Shown: piece after piece, positions 33,632 to 44,177 of the stretch
Layout of the letters: each line of letters starts with the position of its first letter
Position numbering within the stretch: position 1 is the first letter of the stretch
Source: a virus
Lineage: Duplodnaviria > Caudoviricetes
Strand: one strand, 5' to 3'
Virus record (IMG/VR): IMGVR_UViG_3300023267_000001
Coordinates: 1-64,000 of that record
DNA length: 64,000 nt
Notes under the pieces: generated by a model
Databases searched by the model: none
Told to the model about the DNA's origin: nothing
Seen by the model: only the letters and a program-made list of their open reading frames with translations
Translations under genes and position numbers: made by a program

Positions 33632-36600
33632 ATGAAGGCGTCTGATTTTCTTGATTCAAATAACGATGCAGGCACAAGCCAAGCCTTGAGCGTGGCACCA
33701 AGCCTTACCACAACAAAAAAACGGTCGGCTGCAAACTTCTTGGATGGTGTTGAGGATGTTGAACCGCCGAAGCCAGCGGAGGCAGAAAGACCAATTCCTC
33801 AAATGCGGGAGTATCATCCCACTTTTGGTCAGCGGATTTCCGACACGCTTCACTCTCTACGCACGTCAGGCCCAGTAGAGGCCATCATGGGACAGACTGA
33901 GGACGAGCTTGCGGCCAATCCACCACTCGAATCAGCACCCCCTACAACCAAGAGTGGCGTCATGGGGATTTTTGAATCCACCAAGCCCCTGCTTGATGTT
34001 CCAGAGAATCCAAAAACGGCGATGGAAGGGCTTCATGCTTGGGCGGCGAATGTGGTCAATTCAGTTGCGTCCCCCGGTGGTATTGCCACGCTTCCGATGG
34101 GTGGGCCAGCCACGCCAATGCTCGTCAAAAAGGCGTTGGGCATTGTTTTTGGTGCCCAAGGCGCGCACATGACTTACGAGAGCGCACTTGATTTAGTCAA
34201 GAACGCGAAAGAAAACACTCCGGCTCAAAACGTGATGAATGTCGGAAACATTCTCATGGGTGGATTGATGGCTGCTGGTGGTGCTCATGCCATAAAGGGG
34301 GCAAAACCAAAACAAGCTGATGTTGCCACACCCGCAGAAATCGCACCCGAACCAATCATCAATCCAGACACGGGAAAGCCCGTCGAGCTGGATAAAACTT
34401 TCGAGCCGGTTAAAACTCAACCTGAAAACACAGATGCCAGCGAAATCCCAATCTCAAAGAGCATTCCTGAACCAGAAATTCGGACACCAGTGGGTCAAAC
34501 TCCACCACTTCGACAACAGCGGGAAATTGCCAAAGCGAGTGAAGAAATCCCGCCTGTCGTTGCGCCGGTTGAAAAAGTAACTCCAGAACCAACTGGTAAG
34601 GAATCCTTACAAGTTCAACCCGAACCTGAAATAATTCCAACCCGCGTCCAGTCCGTCGCCAAAATGCCGCTGGATGAGTTCTTTAAATTCGCACGAAACA
34701 CGGAAGGTGGCTTAACTGGCGAGGCTTACCGCGTTGGACAGGCAATCAAAACGCCCGAAGAATTGACCGCGCTTAAATCAGCGCAGGAAAAGTCGGCGCA
34801 AGATTCGCAGGCTTATCAAAAGGCTGGCGACTTCGACAAGGGCATGATTGAGGCGAATCGCGGCCAGTTTTTTCGTGAGGCTTACGAGGCCGCTACCGGA
34901 ACCGGAAGCGCGGGATTAGCTCTTGCAAAAGACCCCAGCTACAAGCCGCCGTTTCCAGTTGAGGTGCAGAAGGTGGATGAACCTGCCATTCCATCTACCC
35001 AAGAAGTGCCCGCGATTCAAAAGTCCCAAATCCAAAATGAACCCCAAACTAAAACCACTCTACCCGAAACCACCAGTGCGCCGTTAGCTAAAATTGACGG
35101 CAGTGAGCAAGGTCGTTTTATTTCCGACCTTAAAACCATAACACCGTCCTTAAAGGCTAAAACAAATCCAATTGGCACTGTGACATTGCAATTCCCGATT
35201 GAGGCTGAAAAAAACATTGGCAGCTTGTTGCGCGAATACGGCGTTAAAATCAGAAACAATGGATTTTCAAAAGATTTCAAGCTCGCTGAATGGGAGATTG
35301 AGCCGGGTGGCACAGCCAGAAAACTGCTTCCGCTGGAACAGCGGCTGGACGCTGCTATAAAGGGGGTGGCGGAAGGAGAAAAGTTTGCGTCCGAACTGGA
35401 ATCAGGCTCGCGTGAGGCAAGGCTGAGAAGCGAGGAAGAAAGGCTTCGCAAACTCGCGTCTGGAGAGCCATCGACAAGAACCAGTAAAATAATTGGCCTT
35501 GAGGATTCACTTACGGATGCGGAAAAACAGAGGTTGTTGGTGGCGGCAGCAAAACCAATTTCTGAATCCACAGGATTGCGAGAAATCTCAAAAGTCCGCG
35601 TAGGCTCCAGCCCGCAGCTTCACACCATCGTCCGCGAGCTTCCAAGAGCACAGGGCGACTTGCCAGCCGAGCGTTATTTCGAGGTTAAGAACGATAACAC
35701 AGGCGCGGTTCAAACCGTGGAGTCAGCGGATTTAACTCCGGTCAAAGAGCGGACTGGTGAAAAGGTTAAGGCTCCCAGTCTGGATGACCGTTTGCGCGCG
35801 GTAAAATTAGACCCGTCTGTTTTTCCTGATGCGAAGTCTAAAAAGAGCGCGTTGGAACGTGCTGAGGCGAAACTGGCCGAGTTGCAGGGCAAGCTCCGTG
35901 GCAAGACGTTCACCGGAATTACAGGCTTGGAGCCTGCGATTCTGGATGGCGCGTTGACGATTGCCCGCGCGACGTTAAGGGCGACCAACAGCGTGGTTAA
36001 AGCGGTTCAAGCTGCTCTGGAATGGGTGCGGACTAATCATGCCGATGCGAAATTTGATGAGAATGAGTTTAATTCAAAGCTGGCTTCCGAGCTTGAGCAG
36101 CAAGAAGCTCCAAAAGTCACCACGCAAGTCATGGGCAGCGAGAAGGAGATTGCCGGTCGTCCCACACTGACTCCCGATTCACGTCAAGCTTCCGTGGATT
36201 ACGCTGGTCAGGCTTTTAAAGACGCTGGCATTGACGCCGAACCAGTCACCATCTTGGATAAGCGTCGTGGCGACATGCCGGTGAAGCTGTGGAAATTTAA
36301 CACTGATTTTAATCTCAATGCAGAAGGCCGCAAGCTGATTTCCATACTTGAGAAAGATTTGGAAACCGCGAATGACCGTCCGGTTGACCTGAATGCGAAT
36401 CTTATCCGCAGCATCCAGTGGAATATCGAGAACGGCAATCTCGCCAAGATGGTTAATGGTCAGCGCGTGATGGACATCGACATTGCCCGTCGTCTTGACC
36501 AGTTAGCAACCTCTGAAACCAGTCGTCGCGGCGCGGCCCTCGGAGCTTTGGCTGGTCACTCCGTAGAACTGGAGAATATCGCGCATGACCCGCAGCTTTT

Positions 36601-39600
36601 CCTGTTGCAAGAGAAATACAAACGCTTTGGCGGCGAGCAATATGAGTCGTTCGTTACCAAAGTTGTGACCGAGTTGGGTAAAGAGCTTGATGAAAACAAA
36701 CTGAATGAGATTGCCGACGCGCATCCAAAACAGCGCGAGCTAATCACGCAGATTTTAAACGACGCCCGCAAGGATGAAGGTGGTCGCGTTTATCGCACGG
36801 TTCAAAGCCTTCTGAAGCCCAAGAATGCCAAGAAGGTTTCCGCTATGGAGAACGATGCCCGCATTCAAGAAGCGGTTAGCGACATTCTTGAGCAGGCTAA
36901 AAACAAAGGCATTGAGCCGGTCAAGCCACCGGGCAAAAGGTCGCTGACGCCCGTTGAGCAGTTGCTTCATCTCGTAGAGGAAAAGAACTCCAACCGCGTC
37001 AATGAGTTAATCATTGAATCCGTGCGTGAAGCCGAGCGCAACGCTGGTATAAAGGCGGCACTGGCTGAATTGCCGGAAGCCGAACGCGCTGGTGCTGAGG
37101 CGCGATTTAATGCTGGAGAGTTTCCAACTCCCGAACAGGTTGAGAAAGGCTTGCAGTTGCCAGAATACGCACACTGGAAGGTGCTGCGCGATAACCTGCT
37201 TGGATATTCACCTGTTTCTGAAAAGCTGGCGACCAAGGTTGTGCCAACGGTTACACATCTTGCCAAGGAGATTCTCGACACACCCAAATTTAATCAACCT
37301 GAAATACGAGAGCAGTTCATCCAAAAACTTGCGGATGAAAACATGATGTCGCCGGAGCAGGCGCAGCGCGTTGCTGCCGCTCTGGACGAAATCTACAAGA
37401 AGAACTTTGAGGAGGCTCGCAAGAAGGCTTTGGATGACGCCGTGAAGTCCATGAGTCCGGCGCAGAAAAAGGTCATCGCTCCGTTGAAGAAAAACACTTC
37501 GTTCTGGAGCAAGCTGGAAAAGCTGAATAATGCAGGCGGATTGGACACCGATGCGATGTTGAGTGTCGTCGCTGAAAACAACGGTTGGAAAACTCTGACG
37601 CCGGAAATCATAGCCAAGTTCAAGGGCTGGTCGGATGAGATTCAAAAGTTGCGCGAACTGACTCCGAAACAAAAGGAGGCTGTTGGTGATAATCCCGTGG
37701 ATATTCAGCGCGCACTAGTTGACCGCGAGGCTGAAACACTTGAACGCCGACTCGCTCTCAAGAAGCAGATTGAAACGATGTTTTCTAGGTTGACTCTGCC
37801 GCTCAATCTCAAGAACGCGCAGAATTACAGTCAGGCCGCTTCTGCCGCTGGTGAATTTGCGAGCGCGGCCTTGTTGTTAAAACTTGGATTCCCGACCCGC
37901 CAGATGGTTGACGTTACGACGCAGGCTTTGATTCACAATCCAACGCGCGCAATCGCGGAAGCATGGAAGCGCATCGAGCAGAATATCGCCGATGGAAAAC
38001 CCGCTGAGGCATGGGGTGAGTTTCACAACGCGCTGTCAGCCTCGCTCAAGACCCAGATGGACGCGGTTAAATCCAGCTTGGTAGCGGCCAAGGCCAACCT
38101 GACTGGAGTTTCTCAAGCGCGTAACATCGACAACTTGATTTCACGCATCGCCTTGTTTGAGCGCGCGACGCAAGCCGCTGCTGAATACTCGAAAAAAGGC
38201 GAGAATGTTAAGGCCGCTCTGCTGACACTTTTTACCCAAGTGCGCTGGGGGCGTCAGATTGCCGCTGCCTTTGATAATTTAAGCGGTGTTCCGGTCGAGA
38301 TGCAGGAACGCCGTCAACTGGTTGAAACATGGTTGCGCGAGAACGGAATGACCCGCGCCGAGGCCAAGGTCAAGGCTGATGACCTGATTGGTGACATCAA
38401 CACCGAATGGCAACTTGGTATCGCGCGCGCCAAACAGCTTGCCGACCAGTCAGATTATCAGCCAACCAAAACCGAGTTGGAATTAAACGGGCTGAACATC
38501 GCTAAAGCCCGTGCGATGCAGCGAATCAAGGATGCCGGATTGCCCGCTGACGCCTTCGCGGAAAAAATCAATGACTTGCGTGAGTTGACCGGCTGGAACA
38601 TCCAAGAAGATGGCGGCGTCGGTGGATTAGTCGCTGCGCCGATGCGCAAGCTGGTTGAATTGGGTGAAGGCTTTCCGCCTGCCGCCGTGTTCAGTGTGCC
38701 GTTTGGACGGTTCTCGAACGCCATCGCCATCAGCGCAAACCGAGCGGCATCCTTCACCCCGCTTGGATTCTTTCCCGACGCCTTTGGAGTTCACACCGAG
38801 GGAGCCAAGAAGAACGTAAAAAATGGTGACGCATCCAGCGGTTCCGCGTGGTATCGAACCGCTGCCGACCGCCGCCAGCGCAAGGTGGAAGCCCTTATAG
38901 GCACCACGTTGGGTGGTGCTGCCATTGCCTTGGTTGCGTCCGGTCTGGCTAAAGTCCAGTGGAAGGCACCTCAAGACAAGGAGGAGCGCGAATTATGGCT
39001 CAAGCAGGGCCACAAGGCGGGCACCGTTGAGTTTATGCAGCCGGACGGCTCGTTTATACCCGTCAGTCTCACCGTAGGCCCATTGCGGCCCTTGGCACCC
39101 TATCTGGTGGGCGCGGGCGCGGTGGCTACGATTGAGGAGCAGCGGGCTAAGCAGCAGGCCAAGCTGGATGCCGATGCAGACCGGCAAGGTTTGCCCAGAA
39201 CCAAGATTGCCCCGATTGGTTTGGCCGACTTGCTTTCAGTCGCGGCTCAAACCGCGTGGTCAACCCTGATTGGCGGACGCACGGCGCAGGGGCTTGTAGG
39301 CTCCGTGACGGATTATGGCATACCGAACCCGTCCAAGGCAGCGGCGGCGGCTTTAAGCCCTATTCTACCGCCTTTACCGGCCTATCAGGAAATAGCCCGC
39401 ATGATGGGCGTCCAGCTAGACCCCAAAATGGCTGGATTCTTCGATTTCTTGGTTCCATTGCCTACCAGTCCGGCAGCGGCCAAGAACATGCTTGGCGACC
39501 CTGTTGGCAACGACAACGATATTCAGCGCATCGTCCAGACGTTGAGCGGTGGAAGCTATCCGGCATTGGTTAATCCAAACGACATCAAATCACAGGCGGC

Positions 39601-40045
39601 TTATGGTCAGCTTCTCGAGACTGGCTATCGACCGCCGTCCATCAGTCCGAACAAGAGCTACGAGGTCAATGGGGTTGTTCGCACTTTGAACAACAGTGAG
39701 TTGTCTAAATACACCGAGCTTCGCGGGCAATACCTGAAAACTGCGCTGGCGGCGTTACCCGCTGGAGCCACCAAGGAGCAGGCATCTGCGGCTTACCGTC
39801 AGGCGAACGCGCAGGCTTTATCCGAGCTTGGCATTGATACCGTTCCGGCAGCACCAAGGGCAAGTCCAGCAAGTGTGACAGCCCCGCGCCGCAGCCGGTT
39901 GTCATTGGGCCGTCGCACGACTTCGACACCGAGAATCAGCATCAAGAAACTTCGCCGTGCGCGGGTCAGCCGCCCCCGCAGATTGCGTCTGCGTAGCTCG
40001 CGGGCCAGAACTTCACGGTTGCGGTTGCGTCGTAATACAAATTAA
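33632..40045 (+). CDS. giant (2137 aa) internal virion/ejection protein with Arg/Ser-rich C-tail
   Basis: Size, helical composition, Pro/Glu linker and position match the largest podovirus ejection protein; no catalytic motif recognised. Confidence 0.55.
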   Translation: MKASDFLDSNNDAGTSQALSVAPSLTTTKKRSAANFLDGVEDVEPPKPAEAERPIPQMREYHPTFGQRISDTLHSLRTSGPVEAIMGQTEDELAANPPLESAPPTTKSGVMGIFESTKPLLDVPENPKTAMEGLHAWAANVVNSVASPGGIATLPMGGPATPMLVKKALGIVFGAQGAHMTYESALDLVKNAKENTPAQNVMNVGNILMGGLMAAGGAHAIKGAKPKQADVATPAEIAPEPIINPDTGKPVELDKTFEPVKTQPENTDASEIPISKSIPEPEIRTPVGQTPPLRQQREIAKASEEIPPVVAPVEKVTPEPTGKESLQVQPEPEIIPTRVQSVAKMPLDEFFKFARNTEGGLTGEAYRVGQAIKTPEELTALKSAQEKSAQDSQAYQKAGDFDKGMIEANRGQFFREAYEAATGTGSAGLALAKDPSYKPPFPVEVQKVDEPAIPSTQEVPAIQKSQIQNEPQTKTTLPETTSAPLAKIDGSEQGRFISDLKTITPSLKAKTNPIGTVTLQFPIEAEKNIGSLLREYGVKIRNNGFSKDFKLAEWEIEPGGTARKLLPLEQRLDAAIKGVAEGEKFASELESGSREARLRSEEERLRKLASGEPSTRTSKIIGLEDSLTDAEKQRLLVAAAKPISESTGLREISKVRVGSSPQLHTIVRELPRAQGDLPAERYFEVKNDNTGAVQTVESADLTPVKERTGEKVKAPSLDDRLRAVKLDPSVFPDAKSKKSALERAEAKLAELQGKLRGKTFTGITGLEPAILDGALTIARATLRATNSVVKAVQAALEWVRTNHADAKFDENEFNSKLASELEQQEAPKVTTQVMGSEKEIAGRPTLTPDSRQASVDYAGQAFKDAGIDAEPVTILDKRRGDMPVKLWKFNTDFNLNAEGRKLISILEKDLETANDRPVDLNANLIRSIQWNIENGNLAKMVNGQRVMDIDIARRLDQLATSETSRRGAALGALAGHSVELENIAHDPQLFLLQEKYKRFGGEQYESFVTKVVTELGKELDENKLNEIADAHPKQRELITQILNDARKDEGGRVYRTVQSLLKPKNAKKVSAMENDARIQEAVSDILEQAKNKGIEPVKPPGKRSLTPVEQLLHLVEEKNSNRVNELIIESVREAERNAGIKAALAELPEAERAGAEARFNAGEFPTPEQVEKGLQLPEYAHWKVLRDNLLGYSPVSEKLATKVVPTVTHLAKEILDTPKFNQPEIREQFIQKLADENMMSPEQAQRVAAALDEIYKKNFEEARKKALDDAVKSMSPAQKKVIAPLKKNTSFWSKLEKLNNAGGLDTDAMLSVVAENNGWKTLTPEIIAKFKGWSDEIQKLRELTPKQKEAVGDNPVDIQRALVDREAETLERRLALKKQIETMFSRLTLPLNLKNAQNYSQAASAAGEFASAALLLKLGFPTRQMVDVTTQALIHNPTRAIAEAWKRIEQNIADGKPAEAWGEFHNALSASLKTQMDAVKSSLVAAKANLTGVSQARNIDNLISRIALFERATQAAAEYSKKGENVKAALLTLFTQVRWGRQIAAAFDNLSGVPVEMQERRQLVETWLRENGMTRAEAKVKADDLIGDINTEWQLGIARAKQLADQSDYQPTKTELELNGLNIAKARAMQRIKDAGLPADAFAEKINDLRELTGWNIQEDGGVGGLVAAPMRKLVELGEGFPPAAVFSVPFGRFSNAIAISANRAASFTPLGFFPDAFGVHTEGAKKNVKNGDASSGSAWYRTAADRRQRKVEALIGTTLGGAAIALVASGLAKVQWKAPQDKEERELWLKQGHKAGTVEFMQPDGSFIPVSLTVGPLRPLAPYLVGAGAVATIEEQRAKQQAKLDADADRQGLPRTKIAPIGLADLLSVAAQTAWSTLIGGRTAQGLVGSVTDYGIPNPSKAAAAALSPILPPLPAYQEIARMMGVQLDPKMAGFFDFLVPLPTSPAAAKNMLGDPVGNDNDIQRIVQTLSGGSYPALVNPNDIKSQAAYGQLLETGYRPPSISPNKSYEVNGVVRTLNNSELSKYTELRGQYLKTALAALPAGATKEQASAAYRQANAQALSELGIDTVPAAPRASPASVTAPRRSRLSLGRRTTSTPRISIKKLRRARVSRPRRLRLRSSRARTSRLRLRRNTN

Positions 40046-40088
40046 GCCTTGTCTTGACCGCGCCATTTGTGGCATTGTTGGTTCGTCA

Positions 40089-40517
40089 ATGAACCAAGAC
40101 GATACAGCCCCGACACGCGACAGCCTCAAGGCCATGTTCGGCCAGATGAAAGATTTCATCAAGCAGCATGGCAATGGAAGAATGCCGGTTCAGCGTCGGC
40201 ATAAGCTCAAGGAGGAGCAGACGACTCAGGCTCGGAAATGTTGCACGGGCTGCGGCAAGCTTTTCGACTTCGCGCTTATCAAGGCTGATGTTCTGCCGGA
40301 ACAAGCTCCGTGTCCTGATTGTAAATCAAAATTCGATGATGGCTGGTCGCTTCTGGTTGAGCGGCAATTTGGATTCAACAAAGTTGCAAGGCGCGTTTTT
40401 GTTAAGTTTCCAGTTGGACTATGTGAAGAAATGCGAGGTCAGATTGTGGCTGTTGAAGGGCCAACAATCGACATCGCGCTTGAAAAATTTAACGGCAAGG
40501 ACGCCAATGGCAACTAA
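40089..40517 (+). CDS. zinc-finger protein
   Basis: CCTGC...CPDC; start moved to ATG 40089. Confidence 0.6.
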   Translation: MNQDDTAPTRDSLKAMFGQMKDFIKQHGNGRMPVQRRHKLKEEQTTQARKCCTGCGKLFDFALIKADVLPEQAPCPDCKSKFDDGWSLLVERQFGFNKVARRVFVKFPVGLCEEMRGQIVAVEGPTIDIALEKFNGKDANGN

Positions 40518-40854
40518 CTTCGAGCCGCGCAAATTCCCACCATTTTTGTGCTTCGCACTAGCACGCGATGAGCGTGGTCGCGGCCTAACCATTCCTGAAA
40601 TCTCGCAACGCTCTGGCATACCCCAGCGCACGATTAACCGCATATCAAAGAAGCTGACTTGGGACAACGTGAAGTCCAAGGTGATTGACGATTTCCTGCG
40701 TGGTTGCAATTTTCAAGACGCCCGCAAGCAGACTGATTTCATGCGCAAAACCGCCCGCTCTGGAAACGCTTTCTCGCACCTTTCCAAGCTCCGTCGCAAG
40801 GGGTTTGAGGATTGCATCAGGAAGTTCAGGGAGAAGAATGGGGACGTAAAATGA
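40507..40854 (+). CDS. XRE-like HTH DNA-binding protein
   Basis: GLTIPEISQRSGIPQRTINRI; start moved to ATG 40507. Confidence 0.7.
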   Translation: MATNFEPRKFPPFLCFALARDERGRGLTIPEISQRSGIPQRTINRISKKLTWDNVKSKVIDDFLRGCNFQDARKQTDFMRKTARSGNAFSHLSKLRRKGFEDCIRKFREKNGDVK

Positions 40855-41387
40855 AAAGCTTTGATGATGTTCTAAACAAGCTCGAAGTTGAGGCTTGGAA
40901 AAGCCTAAGAGAGCAAGCCCCAAATATTGTATTTCAGCGTCAATATAAAGCGTTTGAAATTGGCAGAGGATTTAAAGAGCTTTCCAAAAACCAGCAGCGC
41001 GACTTTGATTTTTACTTGCTTAAAGCCAGTTCTGAAAAATGTCATCCGAATCATTTTTGCTCAAAGACTAAAATGGTCTATAAGCCAAAAACCTGCGAGG
41101 AGTGGTATTTAATGTGGGACACGCATGGATTTTCTGGAGGATTTGAATTGGAGCAGCCAAGAATATCGGATTGTGAAGGAATAAAACAGGCCAAGGAGTT
41201 TTTAAACCTGACTATAAAAATGTGGGTTGAGGATTTAATCAACCTTCCGACAGCATTTGATTTCGATGGATGCAAGAACGCATACCCAATGGCATGGGTC
41301 TGGAAATCTTTTTGCGCTCAGGCCAAAAAAGAATCTATTAAAATTGATGGGTTTTTAACCAAATTCCTAGCTGTTCGGCTTTGTTGA
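40851..41387 (+). CDS. hypothetical protein
   Basis: Start moved to ATG 40851 (ATGA overlap). Confidence 0.55.
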   Translation: MKSFDDVLNKLEVEAWKSLREQAPNIVFQRQYKAFEIGRGFKELSKNQQRDFDFYLLKASSEKCHPNHFCSKTKMVYKPKTCEEWYLMWDTHGFSGGFELEQPRISDCEGIKQAKEFLNLTIKMWVEDLINLPTAFDFDGCKNAYPMAWVWKSFCAQAKKESIKIDGFLTKFLAVRLC

Positions 41388-41388
41388 T

Positions 41389-43212
41389 TCACGCGGGTAG
41401 TGCCGCAACCTCCGCGTCCAGCTTATACCATTGCGTTTCGCCCCCAATCGCCGGAGTTCCGTCTGCATTCAAAATAGCGATTTCCAGATACAAATAATTC
41501 CCCACTTCCCAAGTGTCCCAATGCATGTTTAAAGACGGAATCAAATTCTGAGCCTCCATCTGCGCAGCAGTCAACGCCTCTGGACATTTAAGGACTACAT
41601 CAGGCTTAATTGTGTGCCACACCACGGAGCAGTAATCCCCATCGTTAGGGTCGGTTAATTGCTCCGAAGTTCCAACCCTCAAGCGCGCGATGCAGGGGTT
41701 GTCTTGAGGTGCGGTATATTGGCCGATAATCACCTTGCGCAAAATCTTGGAGACATCGAACAATCCAACGGGAAGGATTAGGCGAAGGATGCGAGCAAAG
41801 CCACGTTTTTCCCACACCGGATTCGTGATGTTATCCTCAACCGGCTGCGTTGTTTTCTGCGTTACAAATTCACGGAATAGAACTCCGTTCAACTGTTTCA
41901 GCGCGTAATCCACGTTTGAAGCCGCGACCAATAGTTGAAGCGTGTTGCAGTCAGCGGTGCCGGTCGGATTCGGGATATAGCAGCACAGCGAGCTAAATCC
42001 TGAATCCAGATAATATCCGGTCAAAAACTTGGTGTTGAAAACCATCGTCTGATTATTTGTGCAGGTTCCCGTCGAAGGCCAGCTTACAAAGATTTCATTC
42101 GTTATCGGTTTGAATGTGGCGACCATTGAATTACAGCAGTTCGCATTCACTTTGCGCGTTTTATCCGCGTAGATAAGCCCGCTGGCCTGTCGCAGCCATT
42201 CTGATGGCTCTGGTTTTGGCGCATACTGGTTGTAGGTGTAAAACGATTCTCGCGCTCCGTAATAAAGATTTTCGCCATCAGATACAAGAGAGTCAGGATA
42301 AACCAGACAACCCTTGAAGTTCTCCGGCTCGGTATAGACGCGCGCGAAAGACAGCGCGGTATTAGCCACGGCATCCACTGACACTGTGCTTCGCCAGATG
42401 GATTTCTGCGTGAAGATATAGAGGTATTGCGTCAACTCAATCGCGGCTAATATTTGCTCGCCGCCTCCAAGGTCTTGAAAGTTAGCCACGGAGTCAGGCG
42501 CGGGTGCCCAGCTTTTCGGCAACGCTAAATCGGAATAACGCACACGGCTGGGATGAGCTTCTCCTGACTCCACGGTGTTCATCAAAATCATCAATCCGCC
42601 GAACTGGATGACCACCTTTGCCTTGGTCAGATGAACGGTGTTCACCAAGTCTGGAATCGGAATGGCTGAACCCGCGCCTAAATCGTAGGAATAAACGCCA
42701 TCCTTGTTGTTGGAGAAAATGACGGTGTTATTGAGAAAATCACCGTGGAATTTAGAGCCACCAGCAATTCCGGTAAGCACGTCAGTCCACAATCCGGTGA
42801 CTTCGTTCAGGTAGGATATTTCTGATTCCGTGCAGGCAAACAGGGTGCGCTTGTTGTCGTTATCCGTGACTTGAAGCATGAAGCTGACTGGCTTGCGGAC
42901 GGGGACACCGCGATAATGGTAATCGAAATTTGTGTAAAAAAGGCAAAGCCATTGACCCCCAGACTCAACCACGCGGCCCCCATCTTCACAAATTAGTTGG
43001 TCGCGCGTTGGTGCGGTGTGCGTTACCACCTCGTAGCTGGCAAGAAACCGTTCAAACCCAGCCTCGTTAGTGAGTCGGCCATTTTCGTTGACCGGCCAGT
43101 TTTGTTTCTCGCGGAAACCGCCATCAGGAAGCTCGGTGGCGCGCGGGCGGGCGTCGAGCGGGCCGGTAAGCGGACTTAAACTTACCACTTGAAAACGTGA
43201 TTTAGAGGCCAT
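41389..43212 (-). CDS. putative tail nozzle / packaged-DNA stabilisation protein (tail tubular B-like)
   Basis: 607-aa beta-propeller-like pattern (SRVRYSD..P.SW, IYIFTQKSIW, GCL..PDSLV); position in the morphogenesis operon. Confidence 0.55.
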   Translation of the reverse strand: MASKSRFQVVSLSPLTGPLDARPRATELPDGGFREKQNWPVNENGRLTNEAGFERFLASYEVVTHTAPTRDQLICEDGGRVVESGGQWLCLFYTNFDYHYRGVPVRKPVSFMLQVTDNDNKRTLFACTESEISYLNEVTGLWTDVLTGIAGGSKFHGDFLNNTVIFSNNKDGVYSYDLGAGSAIPIPDLVNTVHLTKAKVVIQFGGLMILMNTVESGEAHPSRVRYSDLALPKSWAPAPDSVANFQDLGGGEQILAAIELTQYLYIFTQKSIWRSTVSVDAVANTALSFARVYTEPENFKGCLVYPDSLVSDGENLYYGARESFYTYNQYAPKPEPSEWLRQASGLIYADKTRKVNANCCNSMVATFKPITNEIFVSWPSTGTCTNNQTMVFNTKFLTGYYLDSGFSSLCCYIPNPTGTADCNTLQLLVAASNVDYALKQLNGVLFREFVTQKTTQPVEDNITNPVWEKRGFARILRLILPVGLFDVSKILRKVIIGQYTAPQDNPCIARLRVGTSEQLTDPNDGDYCSVVWHTIKPDVVLKCPEALTAAQMEAQNLIPSLNMHWDTWEVGNYLYLEIAILNADGTPAIGGETQWYKLDAEVAALPA

Positions 43213-43253
43213 TTCCGCTACAATAGCGGGACATTCTCATTTATTCAACCCCA

Positions 43254-44177
43254 TTACTGCATCGGAATGTTGAACTTCTGCTGGAGCCAAGCGACATCGC
43301 GCGTGAACATGCCCTTGTTTTTTAGCTTTTCTGACTCAACCAACCGCCAGTCTTTGCGGATGTCCTCTTGGGCAAGGTTCATCTCAGAGCAGCGCGGCAT
43401 GGCGGCAATCATGCGCGTTTGCATGTCCTCTGGAAAGATGGTGTTTATGAGAAATAATTTATTATACAGCAGGGTTTGTAGGCCGTTGTGGAAGGGCAGC
43501 TTTTCGCCGTCACGGAAGCGATGCCAGACTACAAAGTTTTTAATCAGGCGGACATCCGAGCCAGTGAGGTAAAACTTGAGGGCCATCAACTGCTCCTCAA
43601 CACCCCAAGTTTTAAGGTGATTCATTCCAACGATTACTGGAAATCTTTCACGCGGCGAAACGTAGCAGGCTCCCATAGGCGACGACAACTCAACGCCGTC
43701 ATCCTGCTCTTTGGCCCAGACAGCTTCGAGAACCTGCATCCGGTTATGATTTGGGTCTTTTCCGATGAACTGTAAGTCTGCGCCGTAATAGACACCGGAC
43801 GGATTTCCGAAAGGTTTTATGGTGGGTGCAAAACCCTTGCAGACACCACATAGCAATGAGTCTGGGAACTTCTCAATTCCAGCCATTACATGCTCCAGCC
43901 AGCCGTGGGTGAACCGGCAATGACTGTCACACATAACCATGTAGTCGCCGGTTGCGATTTGCGCCCCAATGTGGCGGGACGCACCGCTGCCGATACGGTA
44001 AAGGTTGCGATGAACCTTGACGTTTAAGTGCGGTGGGAATATCAGCGTCGCCGCGCTGCAATCATCGACCGCGACAATCTCCACTTCTTCGCCAGCAGTC
44101 CCCCGAATTGACATGGCGGTGGCAACAGCTTCGACCTGTTGGTTTACGGACGGGAATACAACGGAGATTTTAATCAT
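43254..44177 (-). CDS. GT-A glycosyltransferase resembling polypeptide GalNAc-transferases (GT2/GT27-like)
   Basis: ISVVFPS, VDDCS, MCDSHCRF..GWLE (DxH), WGVEEQLMALKFYLTG...VVWHRFR. Confidence 0.8.
   Translation of the reverse strand: MIKISVVFPSVNQQVEAVATAMSIRGTAGEEVEIVAVDDCSAATLIFPPHLNVKVHRNLYRIGSGASRHIGAQIATGDYMVMCDSHCRFTHGWLEHVMAGIEKFPDSLLCGVCKGFAPTIKPFGNPSGVYYGADLQFIGKDPNHNRMQVLEAVWAKEQDDGVELSSPMGACYVSPRERFPVIVGMNHLKTWGVEEQLMALKFYLTGSDVRLIKNFVVWHRFRDGEKLPFHNGLQTLLYNKLFLINTIFPEDMQTRMIAAMPRCSEMNLAQEDIRKDWRLVESEKLKNKGMFTRDVAWLQQKFNIPMQ

Noticed and set aside
30050-41400. Actively invertible (phase-variable) segment
   Set aside because: No inverted repeats at the junctions and no invertase in the window.
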